Source: Geobacter sulfurreducens PCA (GTDB lineage: Bacteria > Desulfobacterota > Desulfuromonadia > Geobacterales > Geobacteraceae). From it: a stretch of 32,000 nucleotides of DNA. The notes below the pieces were generated by a model. It was not told the origin of the DNA and made no database searches. It saw only the letters and a program-made list of their open reading frames with translations. The stretch spans positions 1,380,001-1,412,000 of the forward strand of contig NC_002939.5 of the NCBI RefSeq assembly GCF_000007985.2, given 5' to 3'. The position numbers were made by a program, and so were the translations under genes. Shown piece after piece: positions 9,172 through 17,346 of this stretch. Positions within the stretch are counted from its first letter, which is position 1; every line of letters begins with the position of its first letter.

Positions 9172-10074
9172 ATGCGGTATATCGATCTTTATCAATCAGG
9201 CGAATTATTGCAGCGGGTCAGGGAGGCCTATGCCCGGCTCCGCTCCTGCGACCTCTGCCCCCTTGACTGTGGGGTGAACCGGCTGGCCGGGGAGACCGGT
9301 TCATGCCGGGCAGGGTGGCGGCCCCGGATCGCGTCGGCCAATGTCCACCACGGCGAAGAGCCCCCCATCTCCGGGACAAAAGGATCGGGGACGATCTTCC
9401 TCTCCTGGTGCAGCCTCCACTGCCGGTTCTGCCAGAACTTTCCCATCAGCCAGCAGGGTAACGGGACCGACCTGACCACGCCGGATCTGGCTGATCGGAT
9501 GCTTGGGCTGCAGAAGCGCGGGGTACACAACATCAACTTCGTCACGCCGACCCACTTCCTGCCGCAGATCCTGGCGGCGCTCTGGCTGGCGATTCCCCGC
9601 GGATTCCGGCTTCCGATCGTCTGGAATTCCAGTGGCTACGAGAAGGTGGACGCCCTTCGCCTTCTGGACGGTATCGTTGACGTCTATCTGCCGGACATGA
9701 AGTATGCGGCGGAAGAACCGGCGGTCCGGTTCTCTTCGGCTCCCGGTTATCGGGAGGCCAATCGATTGGCGGTTGCCGAGATGTTTCGCCAGGTGGGTCA
9801 CCTGGAGCTGGACGACGCCGGGATTGCGATACGGGGGCTCATCATCCGCCACCTCGTTCTACCTGAAGGGGCAGCCGGCAGTGGCGAGACGCTCCGCTGG
9901 ATTGCCGAAAACTTGGGTGCCGAGACCCACATCGCCCTGATGAATCAGTTCTTCCCGGCCCACCGGGCCGCGGAGATGCCGGGAATACACCGCAAGATCA
10001 CCGATGAGGAATACGACGAGGCGGTGGAAGCTCTGGAAGAGGCCGGGCTGGAAAACGGCTGGGTGCAGGATTAG
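9172..10074 (+). CDS. Radical SAM protein, PflX-like (putative glycyl-radical/PFL-activase-related, COG1313 type)
   Basis: The CxxxCxxC cluster motif occurs in GSGTIFLSWCSLHCRFCQNFPIS. The N-terminal CDLCPLDCGVNRLAGETGSCRAG is typical of PflX-like proteins. The start is uncertain: ATG 9172 (MRYIDLYQSGELL) is preferred over the track GTG 9115. Confidence 0.8.
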   Translation: MRYIDLYQSGELLQRVREAYARLRSCDLCPLDCGVNRLAGETGSCRAGWRPRIASANVHHGEEPPISGTKGSGTIFLSWCSLHCRFCQNFPISQQGNGTDLTTPDLADRMLGLQKRGVHNINFVTPTHFLPQILAALWLAIPRGFRLPIVWNSSGYEKVDALRLLDGIVDVYLPDMKYAAEEPAVRFSSAPGYREANRLAVAEMFRQVGHLELDDAGIAIRGLIIRHLVLPEGAAGSGETLRWIAENLGAETHIALMNQFFPAHRAAEMPGIHRKITDEEYDEAVEALEEAGLENGWVQD

Positions 10075-10075
10075 C

Positions 10076-10405
10076 ATGAGAACGATCATTTTGCTGGCGC
10101 TGTCCAACGTATTCATGACCTTTGCCTGGTATGCGCACCTGAAGAACCTTAAAGCGGCGCCCTGGTACATCGCCGTGGTCGTGAGCTGGGGCATCGCCTT
10201 TTTCGAGTACCTGATCCAGGTGCCGGCCAACAGGATGGGCTACGGTACCTTCAGTCTGGGACAGCTCAAGATCATGCAGGAGGTCATTACGCTTGCGGTC
10301 TTCGTCCCCTTTGCAGTCTACTACATGGGCCAGCCCCTGAAGCTGGACTATCTCTGGGCCGGATGCTGTCTGGCCGGAGCGGTATTCTTCATCTTTCGCG
10401 CTTAG
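10076..10405 (+). CDS. Small DMT-superfamily membrane protein (DUF486 family)
   Basis: ATG 10076 lies 1 nt after the radical SAM stop. The 109-aa product MRTIILLALSNVFMTFAWYAHLK...PANRMGY..LKIMQEVITL has 3-4 hydrophobic helices and matches the DUF486 pattern. The track ORF 10004 start lies inside the upstream gene. Confidence 0.75.
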   Translation: MRTIILLALSNVFMTFAWYAHLKNLKAAPWYIAVVVSWGIAFFEYLIQVPANRMGYGTFSLGQLKIMQEVITLAVFVPFAVYYMGQPLKLDYLWAGCCLAGAVFFIFRA

Positions 10406-10445
10406 ATCCATTCGATAACGACGATACAGACAACAAGGAGTTGCA

Positions 10446-13400
10446 ATGCCTAAACGTACCGACATCAAAAAGATCCTCATCATCGGCGCCGGCCCCATCG
10501 TCATCGGCCAGGCGTGCGAGTTCGACTACTCCGGCACCCAGGCGTGCAAGGCGCTGAAGGAGGAGGGATTCGAGGTGGTGCTGCTCAACAGCAACCCGGC
10601 CACCATCATGACCGACCCCGATTTCGCGGACCGGACCTACGTGGAGCCGGTGACCCCGGAGGTGCTGGCCAAGATCATCGAGAAGGAACGTCCCGATGCG
10701 GTGCTACCGACCCTTGGCGGTCAGACGGCCCTGAACACCGCCGTGGCCGTGGCCGAGAACGGCACCCTGGAAAAATTCGGCGTGGAACTGATCGGCGCCA
10801 AACTTCCGGCCATCAAAAAGGCCGAGGACCGGACCCTCTTCAAGGAGGCCATGGAGAAGATCGGCCTTTCGGTGCCCCGCTCGGGCCTGGCCCACAACTA
10901 CAGCGAGGCCATGACGGTGGTCAAGACCGTCGGTTTCCCCGCCATCATCCGCCCCTCTTTCACCCTGGGCGGCACCGGCGGCGGCATCGCCTACAACATG
11001 GAAGAGTACGAGAAGATGGCCATGGCGGGCATCGACGCCTCTCCCACCGACGAGATCCTGGTGGAGGAGTCGGTCATCGGCTGGAAAGAGTACGAGCTTG
11101 AGGTGATGCGCGACACGGCCGACAACGTGGTTATCATCTGCTCCATCGAGAACTTCGATCCCATGGGGGTCCACACGGGCGATTCCATCACCGTTGCCCC
11201 GGCCCAGACCCTCACTGACAAGGAGTACCAGATCCTCCGCGACGCGGCCCTCAAGATCATCCGGGAAATCGGCGTCGACACCGGTGGCTCCAACATCCAG
11301 TTCGGCATCAACCCCCGCAACGGCCGGTTGGTAGTCATTGAGATGAACCCGCGGGTTTCCCGCTCCTCGGCCCTGGCCTCCAAGGCCACCGGCTTCCCGA
11401 TCGCCAAGATCGCGGCCAAGCTGGCTGTGGGTTACACTCTGGATGAGATCCGCAACGACATCACCCGCGAGACCCCGGCCTGCTTCGAGCCCACCATCGA
11501 CTACGTGGTGACCAAGATTCCGCGTTTTACCTTTGAGAAGTTCCCGGCAGCGGATGCGACGTTGACCACCCAGATGAAGTCGGTGGGCGAGGTCATGGCC
11601 ATCGGTCGAACCTTCAAGGAGTCATTCCAGAAGGCGCTCCGCTCCCTGGAAATCGGCTCGGCCGGCTTTGAGTCGCGCATCTTCACCAACGGCGATACCC
11701 GTCGGGCCCTGGCCCCCAATGAGCAGCAGCAGCTCCAGGACAAGCTCCGGGTGCCCAACTGGGAACGGCTCTGGTACCTGGGGGACGCCTTCCGGTGCGG
11801 CATGAGCATTGAGGAGGTCTTCCAGCTCACCGCCATTGATCCGTGGTTCCTCCACAATATCAAGCAGATCATTGAGAAAGAGGAGGAGCTGAGAAAGGTT
11901 GATGTGACCGCCGCAGCCCCTGACGATCTGCGGGCCATTGTGCGCGAGGCCAAGCAGTATGGCTTCTCCGACCGGATGCTCGGTCGCTTCTGGGGGAAGA
12001 GCGATGAGGAGATTCGCCAGTTGCGGCTTTCCCTCGGCATCAAGCCCGTGTTCAAAAGGGTCGATACCTGTGCGGCCGAGTTCGTGGCCTACACCCCGTA
12101 TCTCTACTCCACCTATGAGGATGAGTGCGAGGCGGAGGTGACCGACCGGAAAAAGATCATGATTCTCGGCGGCGGACCCAACCGGATCGGCCAGGGGATC
12201 GAGTTCGACTACTGCTGCGTCCACGGGGTCTTCGCACTGGCTGAGGACGGCTACGAGACTATCATGGTCAACTGCAACCCGGAGACGGTTTCCACCGACT
12301 ACGACACCTCCGACCGCCTCTACTTCGAACCCCTCACCTATGAGGATGTTCTCTCCATCGTCGAGCTGGAGAAGCCCGAGGGAGTCATCGTCCAGTTCGG
12401 CGGCCAGACCCCGCTCAAGCTGGCCGTGGCTCTGGAGAAGGCCGGGGTCCCCATCATCGGCACCTCGCCGGATGCCATCGACCGGGCCGAGGACCGGGAG
12501 CGCTTCCAGGAGATGCTCCACAAGTTGAACCTGCTCCAGCCCGAGAACGGCACGGCCCGTTCCTTTGAGGAAGCGGAAGAGGTGGCCAACCGGATCGGTT
12601 ACCCGGTGGTGGTGCGTCCCTCTTACGTCCTTGGCGGACGGGCCATGGAAATCGTCTATGACGTGGAAAACCTGCGCCGCTACATGACCACCGCGGTCCA
12701 GGCATCGCCGGAGCATCCGATCCTCATCGACAAGTTCCTGGACAAGGCCATCGAGATCGATGTGGACGCCCTCTGCGACGGCACCGATGTGGTGATCGGC
12801 GGGATCATGGAACACATTGAGGAGGCGGGTATCCACTCGGGGGACTCAGCCTGCTGCCTGCCGCCCCATTCCATCTCCCAGGCCTTGGTGGAGGAGATCA
12901 GGCGTCAGACCACCGTCATGGCCCTGGAGCTGAACGTCAAGGGACTCATGAACGTCCAGTACGCCATCAAAGACGGAACCATCTACATTCTGGAGGTTAA
13001 CCCGCGCGCATCCCGGACCGCCCCCTTCGTATCCAAGGCCACGGGCCGCCCCCTGGCCAAGATCGCCGCCCGGGTCATGGCGGGCAGAAGCCTGAAGGAT
13101 CTGGGGGTTTCCGGCGACATCGTGCCGAAACACATGTCAGTGAAGGAAGCAGTCTTCCCCTTCGTGAAGTTTCCGGGAGTCGATACCCTGCTCGGGCCGG
13201 AGATGAAGTCCACCGGCGAGGTCATGGGGATCGGCCCAGACTTCGCCACCGCCTTTGCCAAGGCTCAGCTCGGCGCCAACGTGAGGCTTCCCCGGTCCGG
13301 AAAGGTTTTCATCAGCCTCCACGATGCCGACAAGAAACATATTGTCGAATCAGCGAAAAAACTCTATAATGCCGGTTTTAGACTGGTTGCCACCCGCGGT

Positions 13401-13691
13401 ACCGCAGCCTACCTGAAGGAGAAGGGGGTTGAGGTGGAGGTGATCAATAAAGTGCTCGAAGGTCGCCCTCACGTGGTTGACGCCATCAAGAACGGCGAAA
13501 TCTGCATGGTGCTCAACACCACCCAGGGAGCCCAGGCCGTGGCCGATTCTTTCTCCATCCGGCGCGAGGCCCTTATGCACAATGTGGCCTACTTCACAAC
13601 CGTTGCCGGGGCAAACGCGGCCGCAGGTGGAATCGTCGCCATGCTGGAGGGAGAGCTTGACGTGAAACCCCTTCAGGAGTACCTCGGCTGA
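10446..13691 (+). CDS. carB: Carbamoyl-phosphate synthase large subunit
   Basis: 1081 aa with a CAAGGAG SD. The N-terminus is [33 protein letters not shown]. There is a duplicated ATP-grasp half ([24 protein letters not shown]) and a C-terminal MGS-like domain. Confidence 0.97.
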   Translation: MPKRTDIKKILIIGAGPIVIGQACEFDYSGTQACKALKEEGFEVVLLNSNPATIMTDPDFADRTYVEPVTPEVLAKIIEKERPDAVLPTLGGQTALNTAVAVAENGTLEKFGVELIGAKLPAIKKAEDRTLFKEAMEKIGLSVPRSGLAHNYSEAMTVVKTVGFPAIIRPSFTLGGTGGGIAYNMEEYEKMAMAGIDASPTDEILVEESVIGWKEYELEVMRDTADNVVIICSIENFDPMGVHTGDSITVAPAQTLTDKEYQILRDAALKIIREIGVDTGGSNIQFGINPRNGRLVVIEMNPRVSRSSALASKATGFPIAKIAAKLAVGYTLDEIRNDITRETPACFEPTIDYVVTKIPRFTFEKFPAADATLTTQMKSVGEVMAIGRTFKESFQKALRSLEIGSAGFESRIFTNGDTRRALAPNEQQQLQDKLRVPNWERLWYLGDAFRCGMSIEEVFQLTAIDPWFLHNIKQIIEKEEELRKVDVTAAAPDDLRAIVREAKQYGFSDRMLGRFWGKSDEEIRQLRLSLGIKPVFKRVDTCAAEFVAYTPYLYSTYEDECEAEVTDRKKIMILGGGPNRIGQGIEFDYCCVHGVFALAEDGYETIMVNCNPETVSTDYDTSDRLYFEPLTYEDVLSIVELEKPEGVIVQFGGQTPLKLAVALEKAGVPIIGTSPDAIDRAEDRERFQEMLHKLNLLQPENGTARSFEEAEEVANRIGYPVVVRPSYVLGGRAMEIVYDVENLRRYMTTAVQASPEHPILIDKFLDKAIEIDVDALCDGTDVVIGGIMEHIEEAGIHSGDSACCLPPHSISQALVEEIRRQTTVMALELNVKGLMNVQYAIKDGTIYILEVNPRASRTAPFVSKATGRPLAKIAARVMAGRSLKDLGVSGDIVPKHMSVKEAVFPFVKFPGVDTLLGPEMKSTGEVMGIGPDFATAFAKAQLGANVRLPRSGKVFISLHDADKKHIVESAKKLYNAGFRLVATRGTAAYLKEKGVEVEVINKVLEGRPHVVDAIKNGEICMVLNTTQGAQAVADSFSIRREALMHNVAYFTTVAGANAAAGGIVAMLEGELDVKPLQEYLG

Positions 13692-13720
13692 CGCGCAGAT
13701 GTAGCATAGTTCATTCATCC

Positions 13721-13752
13721 CGAGGCGGCCCGCAGGGCTGCCTCGTCATTTT
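13721..13752 (+). terminator. Terminator-like hairpin after carB / in the greA leader
   Basis: CGAGGCGGCC (13721-13730) pairs with GGGCTGCCTCG (13735-13745): 10 bp including 1 G-U pair. It is followed by TCATTTT, a weak U-tract, so termination may be partial. Confidence 0.45.
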
Positions 13753-13776
13753 GATACGCAGAGGAGTTCGGAGTAC

Positions 13777-14253
13777 ATGTCTCACACCATACCGATGACC
13801 AAGGAAAGCTACGAGGCTCTCCAGGAAGAGCTCAAGCGCCTGATCCGCGAGGAGCGACCCCGAGTGATCCAGGACATCGCCGAGGCCCGGGGCCACGGCG
13901 ACCTGTCGGAGAACGCCGAGTACGATGCGGCCAAAAACCGCCAGGCCTTCATCGAAGGGCGCATTCTGGAACTCCAGGGTAAGCTTGCCCGGGCCTATGT
14001 GGTGGACCTGACGGGGATGAAACCGGACAAGGTGGTGTTCGGCGCCACCGTTACCCTCTACGACACTGCAACCGAAGAAGAGGTCACCTACAAGATCGTC
14101 GGCGAAGAAGAGGCCGATATCAAACTCGGCAAGATCTCCTGCACTTCGCCGGTGGGCAAGGCCCTCATCGGCCATAAGCTCGACGACAGCGTCAAGATCA
14201 AGGTGCCATCCGGGCTCAAGGAATACGAAATCATCGACATCAAGTACGTCTGA
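13777..14253 (+). CDS. greA: Transcription elongation factor GreA
   Basis: 158 aa with an AGAGGAG SD. The sequence MTKESYEALQEELKRL...ARGHGDLSENAEYDAAK carries the GreA coiled-coil tip motif. Confidence 0.95.
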   Translation: MSHTIPMTKESYEALQEELKRLIREERPRVIQDIAEARGHGDLSENAEYDAAKNRQAFIEGRILELQGKLARAYVVDLTGMKPDKVVFGATVTLYDTATEEEVTYKIVGEEEADIKLGKISCTSPVGKALIGHKLDDSVKIKVPSGLKEYEIIDIKYV

Positions 14254-14325
14254 AGCGCGGACCTTTAACCGCATACATGCAGCCTGCGGGGATTTTCCCG
14301 CAACAACTTTGAAAGAGGATCCGAT

Positions 14326-14523
14326 ATGACTCAGAAGTTCACGAAAGACATGACTTTTGCTCAAGCCCTTCAGACCCACCCGGGAGTGGCCGGCGTTCTT
14401 CGCTCCTACAACCTTGGCTGCATCGGCTGCATGGGGGCTCAGAACGAATCCCTCGAACAAGGTGCAAATGCCCACGGTCTCAATGTGGAAGATATTCTCA
14501 GGGATCTGAACGCCCTCGCCTGA
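14326..14523 (+). CDS. DUF1858 domain protein (hybrid-cluster-protein-associated redox disulfide-type mini-protein)
   Basis: 65 aa. The sequence TKDMTFAQALQTHPGVAGVLRSYNLGCIGCMGAQNESLEQGANAHGLNVEDIL is the typical DUF1858 pattern with a CxxC-like GCIGC. An AGAGGA SD is present and a strong terminator follows. Confidence 0.8.
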   Translation: MTQKFTKDMTFAQALQTHPGVAGVLRSYNLGCIGCMGAQNESLEQGANAHGLNVEDILRDLNALA

Positions 14524-14545
14524 GGAGCAGTTCTTTCAGTAACAA

Positions 14546-14576
14546 GGGGAGCCCGGATCGGGCTCCCCTTTTTTTT
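14546..14576 (+). terminator. Rho-independent terminator
   Basis: GGGGAGCCCG-gat-CGGGCTCCCC is a 10-bp perfect stem followed by T8. Confidence 0.9.
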
Positions 14577-14616
14577 GTAGTTAGAGCTCTCGGGACATGT
14601 ATACGACATAATGCTG

Positions 14617-14645
14617 TTGACATACCATTCTGTGTCGGTTATTTG
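14617..14645 (+). promoter_or_regulatory. Candidate sigma70 promoter of the ECF metal transporter operon (TTGACA-N17-TATTTG)
   Basis: TTGACA lies at 14617-14622 and TATTTG at 14640-14645. This is pattern only. Confidence 0.35.
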
Positions 14646-14649
14646 TAGC

Positions 14650-14677
14650 GTGTTACTATATGCTTGATTGGTGACAC
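14650..14677. promoter_or_regulatory. NikR-like operator: inverted repeat GTGTTAC-N14-GTGACAC
   Basis: The half sites lie at 14650-14656 and 14671-14677. They match as an inverted repeat at 6 of 7 positions. The site sits immediately downstream of the candidate -10 and 29 nt upstream of the cbiM/nikM ATG. As I recall the comparative-genomics literature, this is the half-site and spacing type proposed for NikR boxes of delta-proteobacteria. Confidence 0.55.
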
Positions 14678-14705
14678 GCGGGTGGCGCCGGAAAGAGAGA
14701 ACAGC

Positions 14706-15737
14706 ATGCACATGGCGGATGCGCTTATTTCACCGGCGGTCGGGGGAGTCCTGTGGGCGGCCACGGCCGGTACCGTTGCCTGGAGTTGCCGCAGGGTGCG
14801 GCAGGAGCTCGATGAGCGGAAGGTGCCGCTCATGGGTGTCCTCGGCGCATTCGTATTTGCAGCGCAGATGATCAACTTCACCATTCCGGGAACCGGATCC
14901 AGCGGGCACCTTGGGGGGGCATTGCTGCTGGCTGTGCTGCTGGGACCCCATGCCGCGTTTCTGACCATTGCATCGGTGCTGGTGGTCCAAGCCCTGTTCT
15001 TTGCGGATGGCGGGCTGTTGGCGCTCGGATGCAATATTTTCAATCTCGGCTTCTTTCCCGCGTTCATTGCCTATCCCTTCATCTACCGCGTGATTGCGCC
15101 TCCCGGCTCGGGCCAGGGGCGAGTCACGGCGGCATCGCTGGCCGCAGCGGTCACCGGCCTGCAGCTCGGCGCCTTTGCTGTGGTGCTCGAGACGGTTGCT
15201 TCCGGCATTTCGGCGCTTCCCTTCACCTCCTTTGTGCTTCTCATGCAACCGATCCATCTTGCCATCGGCGCGGTGGAGGGGCTCGTCACCGCGGCGGTGA
15301 TCGGTTTCGTGAGCCGTGTTCACCCCGAGATCACCGGTTTGCCCACGTTCTTTCCGGAACGGGGCTCCGCTTCCGGCCTCCGGGGGGTACTGCTGACCCT
15401 GGGGGTAATGGCACTGCTCACTGGCGGTATCGTCTCCTGGTTCGCATCGGAGAATCCTGACGGGCTCGAATGGGCCATCAGCCGGGTGACCGGTTCCGAT
15501 GAGCTCGCAGCACCCCGCGATGGTTTCCATGGCACGGCAGCCTCGATCCAGGAGAAGGTTGCGTTCCTGCCCGACTATTCCTTTCCCGCCCCCGCAGTTC
15601 ATGATGTCTCCCATGCTGCCGCCTCAGCCGGCAGCGGCAGGCTCGGTACTTCGGTGTCAGGGGTTGTAGGGGGGGCGCTGACGCTGGGCGTCGCGTTCCT
15701 CATTGGCCTGATCCTGCGCCACCGGGCGTCTTCGTAA
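14706..15737 (+). CDS. cbiM: ECF transporter substrate-specific component CbiM/NikM fused to a C-terminal PDGLE (NikN-like) domain
   Basis: ATG 14706 gives MHMADALISPAVGG.., with the Met1-His2 N-terminus characteristic of CbiM/NikM. The protein has multiple TM helices. The C-terminal part carries a TM helix plus the ENPDGLEWAI motif. The total of 343 aa is compatible with a NikMN-type fusion. Confidence 0.85.
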   Translation: MHMADALISPAVGGVLWAATAGTVAWSCRRVRQELDERKVPLMGVLGAFVFAAQMINFTIPGTGSSGHLGGALLLAVLLGPHAAFLTIASVLVVQALFFADGGLLALGCNIFNLGFFPAFIAYPFIYRVIAPPGSGQGRVTAASLAAAVTGLQLGAFAVVLETVASGISALPFTSFVLLMQPIHLAIGAVEGLVTAAVIGFVSRVHPEITGLPTFFPERGSASGLRGVLLTLGVMALLTGGIVSWFASENPDGLEWAISRVTGSDELAAPRDGFHGTAASIQEKVAFLPDYSFPAPAVHDVSHAAASAGSGRLGTSVSGVVGGALTLGVAFLIGLILRHRASS

Positions 15738-15764
15738 GCGGTTCCGTCCTGATCGCTGCCCTCC

Positions 15765-16577
15765 ATGGCTCCCATTGAATCGGCACTCCGTGAGCTGAAC
15801 CGGCTTGATCTTCTCGCTGGCGGAAACTCGGCCGTCCACCGGCTCGATCCCCGGGCAAAGGTGTTCGTCACCTTCGCGTTCATAGTTGCGGTCGTTTCCC
15901 TGGGGCGCTATGAGTTGGCGGCCCTTGTCCCCTTTGCGGTGTTTCCGGTGGCCCTGGCTGCCTCAGCCGGCCTGCCGGCAACGGTCATCCTCCGGAAACT
16001 GCTGCTGGTCCTCCCCTTTGCCGTGGTGGTGGGATTGTTCAACCCCCTGCTGGATCGGCAACCCCTGCTCGCCCTCGGCCCCCTGGTTATATCCGGGGGA
16101 TGGATTTCATTTCTGTCCATTATCGTCCGGTCACTCCTCACGGTTGGTGCCGCAGTCGTACTCGTGGCTGTCACCGGGTTTTCGGGCATCTGCATGGCCC
16201 TGGAGCGGTTCGGGGTTCCCCGGCCGTTCGTGGTCCAGCTGCTGTTCCTCTATCGCTATCTCTTCGTTCTGGCAGACGAGGGGGGACGGATGGTCCGGGC
16301 ACGGGAGCTGCGCACCTTTTCCGGTCGGGGGAGGGGGCTGAAGGCCTACTCCGCCCTGGTGGGCAGCCTGCTTCTGCGCACCTGGGACCGGGCCGAACGG
16401 ATTCACATGGCCATGCTCTCGCGGGGCTTCAACGGGCAATTCCACGTGCGGCGCGAGATCCGTCCAGGCCGCGCCGATTGGATCTTCACAGCCGGCTGGT
16501 GTGCGCTTTTCGTGCTGTTCAGGCTGGTAAACATTCCCCACCTGCTGGGGGGGCTGGTAACGGGGGGATATCCATGA
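15765..16577 (+). CDS. cbiQ: ECF transporter transmembrane (T) component CbiQ/NikQ
   Basis: 270 aa. HRLDPRAKVFVTFAFIV is a typical CbiQ N-terminal motif. The protein is polytopic and carries the conserved ..ARELR.. coupling helix region. Confidence 0.88.
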   Translation: MAPIESALRELNRLDLLAGGNSAVHRLDPRAKVFVTFAFIVAVVSLGRYELAALVPFAVFPVALAASAGLPATVILRKLLLVLPFAVVVGLFNPLLDRQPLLALGPLVISGGWISFLSIIVRSLLTVGAAVVLVAVTGFSGICMALERFGVPRPFVVQLLFLYRYLFVLADEGGRMVRARELRTFSGRGRGLKAYSALVGSLLLRTWDRAERIHMAMLSRGFNGQFHVRREIRPGRADWIFTAGWCALFVLFRLVNIPHLLGGLVTGGYP

Positions 16578-17323
16578 GCCACCACATTGTCGAGGTCCGC
16601 GACCTCTGCCATTGCTACCCCGACGGTACGGAAGCCCTGCGCGGCATAACCTTCCGGATTCATCATGGTGAATCGGTGGCGGTGGTAGGGGCGAACGGGG
16701 CAGGGAAATCCACTCTGCTGCTTCACCTGAACGGGTATCTCGCCCCCACCCGGGGAGATGTGCGCATAGGCGATACGCCTGTGGTCCGCACGACGCTTCC
16801 CGAGGTGCGCCGGACTGTCGGCATGGTCTTCCAGGATCCCGATGACCAGCTCTTCATGCCGACGGTCTTTGACGATGTCGCCTTCGGTCCCCTCAATTTG
16901 GGGCTGCCGCCGGCGGAAGTCGAGCGTCGGGTCGCGGATGCCTTGGAACAGGTCGGTGTCGCACATCTTCACAATAAACCCCCCTACCGCTTGTCGGGAG
17001 GCGAGAAACGGCGCGTTGCCATTGCAACGGTGCTGTCCATGAGTCCCGATATTCTGGTGCTCGACGAGCCCACCACCGGTCTCGATCCCTATGCCCGCCG
17101 CCAGATCATGGGACTTCTGAGGGATTTCAAACACACGAAAATTATAACGTCCCACGATCTGGACATGGTTATGGAACTCTGCGAGCGGACCATTGTCCTG
17201 CGCGAGGGGAGGGTGGCGGCTGATGGTCCCACCCGCGATATCTTCGGCAACGATGAATTGCTGGCCACCTGCCGGTTGGAGCGTCCCCTGTCGATGCAGG
17301 GATGTCCGGTATGCGGCCGTTGA
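16574..17323 (+). CDS. cbiO: ECF transporter ATPase CbiO/NikO
   Basis: ATG 16574 overlaps the cbiQ stop (ATGA). Motifs present: Walker [10 protein letters not shown], signature LSGGEKRRV and Walker B ILVLDEPT. The track ORF 16100..17323 is an in-frame upstream extension without ABC features. Confidence 0.93.
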   Translation: MSHHIVEVRDLCHCYPDGTEALRGITFRIHHGESVAVVGANGAGKSTLLLHLNGYLAPTRGDVRIGDTPVVRTTLPEVRRTVGMVFQDPDDQLFMPTVFDDVAFGPLNLGLPPAEVERRVADALEQVGVAHLHNKPPYRLSGGEKRRVAIATVLSMSPDILVLDEPTTGLDPYARRQIMGLLRDFKHTKIITSHDLDMVMELCERTIVLREGRVAADGPTRDIFGNDELLATCRLERPLSMQGCPVCGR

Positions 17324-17346
17324 TCTGGTAACCACGGGAGGATTAC

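Noticed and set aside
14577-14705. Cobalamin riboswitch expected upstream of a cbiM-type transporter.
   Set aside because: The leader is only about 60-90 nt from the candidate promoter to the ATG. It contains no B12-box-like sequence or the multi-stem architecture. A protein operator (the NikR-like dyad) fits better.
16100-16573. N-terminal 158-aa extension of the cbiO ORF in the track (16100..17323).
   Set aside because: The extension overlaps cbiQ out of frame and is Arg/Pro/Gly-rich, with no ABC features. ATG 16574 overlaps the cbiQ stop (ATGA coupling) and gives a normal-length ATPase starting just before Walker A.
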